Assembly (NCBI RefSeq): GCF_009834535.1
Contig: NC_045696.1
Location: 62,746,001-62,810,000 of the forward strand
Reading direction: 5' to 3'
DNA length: 64,000 bases
Source of the DNA: Camelus ferus
Taxonomy: Eukaryota
Every line of letters begins with the position of its first letter. Position 1 is the first letter of the stretch. A program made the position numbers and the translations under genes. Below are positions 61,311 to 64,000 of this stretch, one piece after another. The notes under the pieces were generated by a model. The model searched no databases. It had not been told where the DNA came from and was given only the letters and a program-made list of their open reading frames with translations.

Positions 61311-62732
61311 ATTTTGAAAATCTATGTAACGAGAGGTAGTCTTTGCTCAGATTCCCACCGATGAGTACCCTTTCCCCAACCTAACAGGAGACTGGCAGGA
61401 AGTTTGTTTTCCGGATAATGAACTAGGGAAGCCTGAGAGTGGGGAGGGCAGTGATGAAGCCCTAAGGACAACAGATAAAGCAAGAATCTGCAACCTGACA
61501 GGTGAGCCTGCCCCAGACTCTCCCCCAGAAGCTAGGCATCTATCCTTGGGCAGGCGGTCGGAGGAGCGGCTTTCTATTCTCTGGAGAAACTGAACTGCCC
61601 GGGAATACCTGTCACTGCTGACTTTGGGGGACCTGGGTGAAAATACCAGACTATGATCACCCCATAAGGAAGCTCACCAGTCTCCTAATCCTACATGTGC
61701 CCCAGGGTTTCCTACAACACTTGAACACAAAGGCATAGTTACGTTCCATCAAATATGTGAGGAGAGCCTCCGACACAAAACTTTGTATCAAATCAATCAG
61801 AAAAAAGGCACCCAGAAGCAGCAGATCATACCCAGAGATAAAGAAGATGTCAAAATAAATGATCTCAGAAAGATGAGATGGAATTGAATCCAAGAGACAC
61901 AAATAGAAGCTATAAAGAAAAGGAACAGGCAGAGATCATAGCATATTCTTAGAAATCAGAAACGATAGCCAAAATAAATTTAATAACAGAGTTGGATGAT
62001 AAATTTTGGGGAAATCTCCAGAAAATGGGAGAGGGAGGAGACAAAGGTGGAAAACAGTAAAGTTTTTTTTTAATTAGTTGATTTCAGAGGTCCAATAGGA
62101 GTTCTAGAAAGAAATCAGATAAAGAAGGAGGAAGGATATTACCAAAGAAATAAATAAGACATGTAAGAAAATAGAAAAAATAATTTCCCAGAACCGGAGG
62201 ACGTAATGCCCAGTCCATACACTGCAAGAAAGCCTGTATCAGTGCAATCAATATGAAATTTAAGAATGCCAGAGATAAATAGAAAAATCCGAAAAACTTC
62301 CAGTCAAGTGTGAAGATGGAACAAAGACATTTTCAGACACAAAATATCAGAACATTTGCCTCTCACGCATCTCTCACAGGAAGCTTTAGGGGAAAACGTC
62401 CCCCAAAGAAAGGCGAATGCACAGGAGCCAGGCAGGTGGGGTCCAATCCAGCCGAGGGGGGCAGGGAGCCCAGCTGCACAGCACGCCCAGAGTATCAATT
62501 GGGACAGAAGGTCCAAGGGGTCTGGCGGGAAAATAGAACTCATAAAATAATAGTGACTTATTTGATCAAAAAATTGTATTGCTAGGCCTGAGGTGGTATA
62601 GGAAGATCAAGCCAGATAGAGAACTAAAATTTTTTTTCCTGGAGTTAATTAGTTTCATTTGACTGAAGAAGGAAAATACATTCATTTGACCCAACAGTGA
62701 ATGATATTAACATACTGATATAAATAAGATAC

Positions 62733-63241
62733 TATTACAGATTTCCTTAAAACTCACACGTAAGGAGAGAGGTGCCAAATAAAAACTGTCCCTCGCCATC
62801 TGGTTCTGTAAGATTGAAGTCACTAGCCACTGCACGTGCTGACTTTCAACACATCCTGAAAGGAGTTCAGGGTGGAGATCGGGAATGAGGCACTCTGTGC
62901 TCTGGGAGTAACTGACAGAACAGGACTTTAGACAGATATTTTCAGGAGAAAATTTTATGAGCCCAATTTCTCACATCTTCTCATATCTAGAAAAGCACTA
63001 AAAATCATTAAGGGAGACACCTGCTCCTCGCGACTAGCAGCAACCCTCTGCCAAAATGTGTGCTTGGTTGCATGTACCTCCTTCACCAAAAACATATGTA
63101 GTACTGACCTCCCTCCCCACCTCTTCAGAGCAGCTCCTCAGAGCTATCTGAGAGGCCGTCACATGGGCTATAGTCCTCAATTTGCCCCAAATAAAACTTT
63201 GCTCACTATTTCCACATTGTCCATTTGTTTTTCAGCCGACA
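62733..63241 (+). mobile_element. Solo ERV1-type LTR (5' boundary uncertain)
   Basis: Well-preserved LTR-like sequence with ctcagagctatctgagaggc...tagtcctcaatttgccccaAATAAAac...ttcagccgaCA end. No clear TSD. Confidence 0.7.
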
Positions 63242-64000
63242 GAGCGAAAGGGATGTCAAATACTTTAAATCATTATTTACTATCAGAAGTTAACAGACAT
63301 TATATAAAATTGATCATCAAAAGCTAGCAAGATGCATATTGTTTAGAAATATGGAGGGAAATAGTGGGAAGAAGCTAGAGGCACTGAAAGAAATAGTTTC
63401 TGAGGACTTATGAGGAAGGGTAGACAAGATACTGCAGGTTTTTAAGAGAAGTTTTTAGCACTGTTTGACTTTAAGAAATGATTTGCATGCAATGCTTTGA
63501 CAAAAATAAGAACTCATGGCAAAGAGAGGATGTTTAAAGTCTCAGGACTGATTGAAATCCTTAGGAAGGATGTACACAGCAAGGTTGTGAGGGCCCAGGA
63601 CCAGGCCATGAACACTCCGACATTTAGATGCTAATCTGAGGAGGAGGAACAGTTAGCACTCAGTGCTGGGGACTGGGGTGGGTGGGAAACAAGAAGAGGG
63701 AAGGGACCAGAGGAGCCAAGAGGAGGAGGAGGGAATGGTAGCTGAATGCTGTTGGCTCTGGAAAATAAAGTTGGGAGAAAGTTATTCTTTATGGTATATG
63801 AATGCAGTAGAATTAAAGAAGGCTTTTTAAACTGTATAATTCAGACTCAGCTAAATCAGCCTGGCGTTCTCCCCTCAGTATAGATTTAAAACCTTTGGCT
63901 GTCATATCACTAGCAATCCCATTTCATCGCCTACCCTCAGTAGAGAACAACTTTCTTCCCTCTGCCCCAAATCGAATTTGTGCTGGAGCTGGCTCAGACC

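Larger units (their letters stand above)
60960..63510 (+). mobile_element. Ancient HAL1 (half-L1) element, interrupted by an ERV LTR
   Basis: Degenerate ORF1 motifs (aataatttcccagaac, tgaaatttaagaatgccagagataaa, aaagacattttcagacac) and a HAL1-like tail tttagaaatatggagg...ctgtttgactttaag...ctttgacaaaaataa. Confidence 0.6.

Noticed and set aside
1..64000. CRISPR arrays, operons or other prokaryotic or viral systems
   Set aside because: Sequence is clearly mammalian, with no regularly spaced repeat arrays, dense ORFs or retroviral internal genes.

Overview
Mammalian genomic DNA, most likely camelid, judging from a tRNA-Ala-derived Vic-1-type SINE with a target-site duplication (TSD). The only host coding sequence I can support is the terminal exon of XXYLT1 (xyloside xylosyltransferase 1, GT8 family; + strand, 41097-41493), followed by a 3'UTR with AATAAA at 42584. 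Positions 1-41096 are the distal part of its long last intron and hold MIR, L2, MER5, MLT1 and L1 fragments plus a solo MER41-like ERV1 LTR. Downstream, about 48150-59097 is a decayed near-full-length LINE-1 interrupted by two TSD-bounded composite insertions. One is an ORF1-only, half-L1-like chimera ending in an ancient L1MC 3' end. The other is a twin-primed inverted L1 carrying about 0.95 kb of 3'-transduced DNA. An ancient HAL1 interrupted by an ERV LTR lies near the window end. I found no convincing novel gene system. The best leads are these retroelement architectures, tandem STAT motifs in the LTR, a 57-bp micro-inversion, and an intronic hairpin in an enhancer-like block. Repeat family names come from recalled consensus similarity, not a database search, and boundaries of old repeats are approximate.
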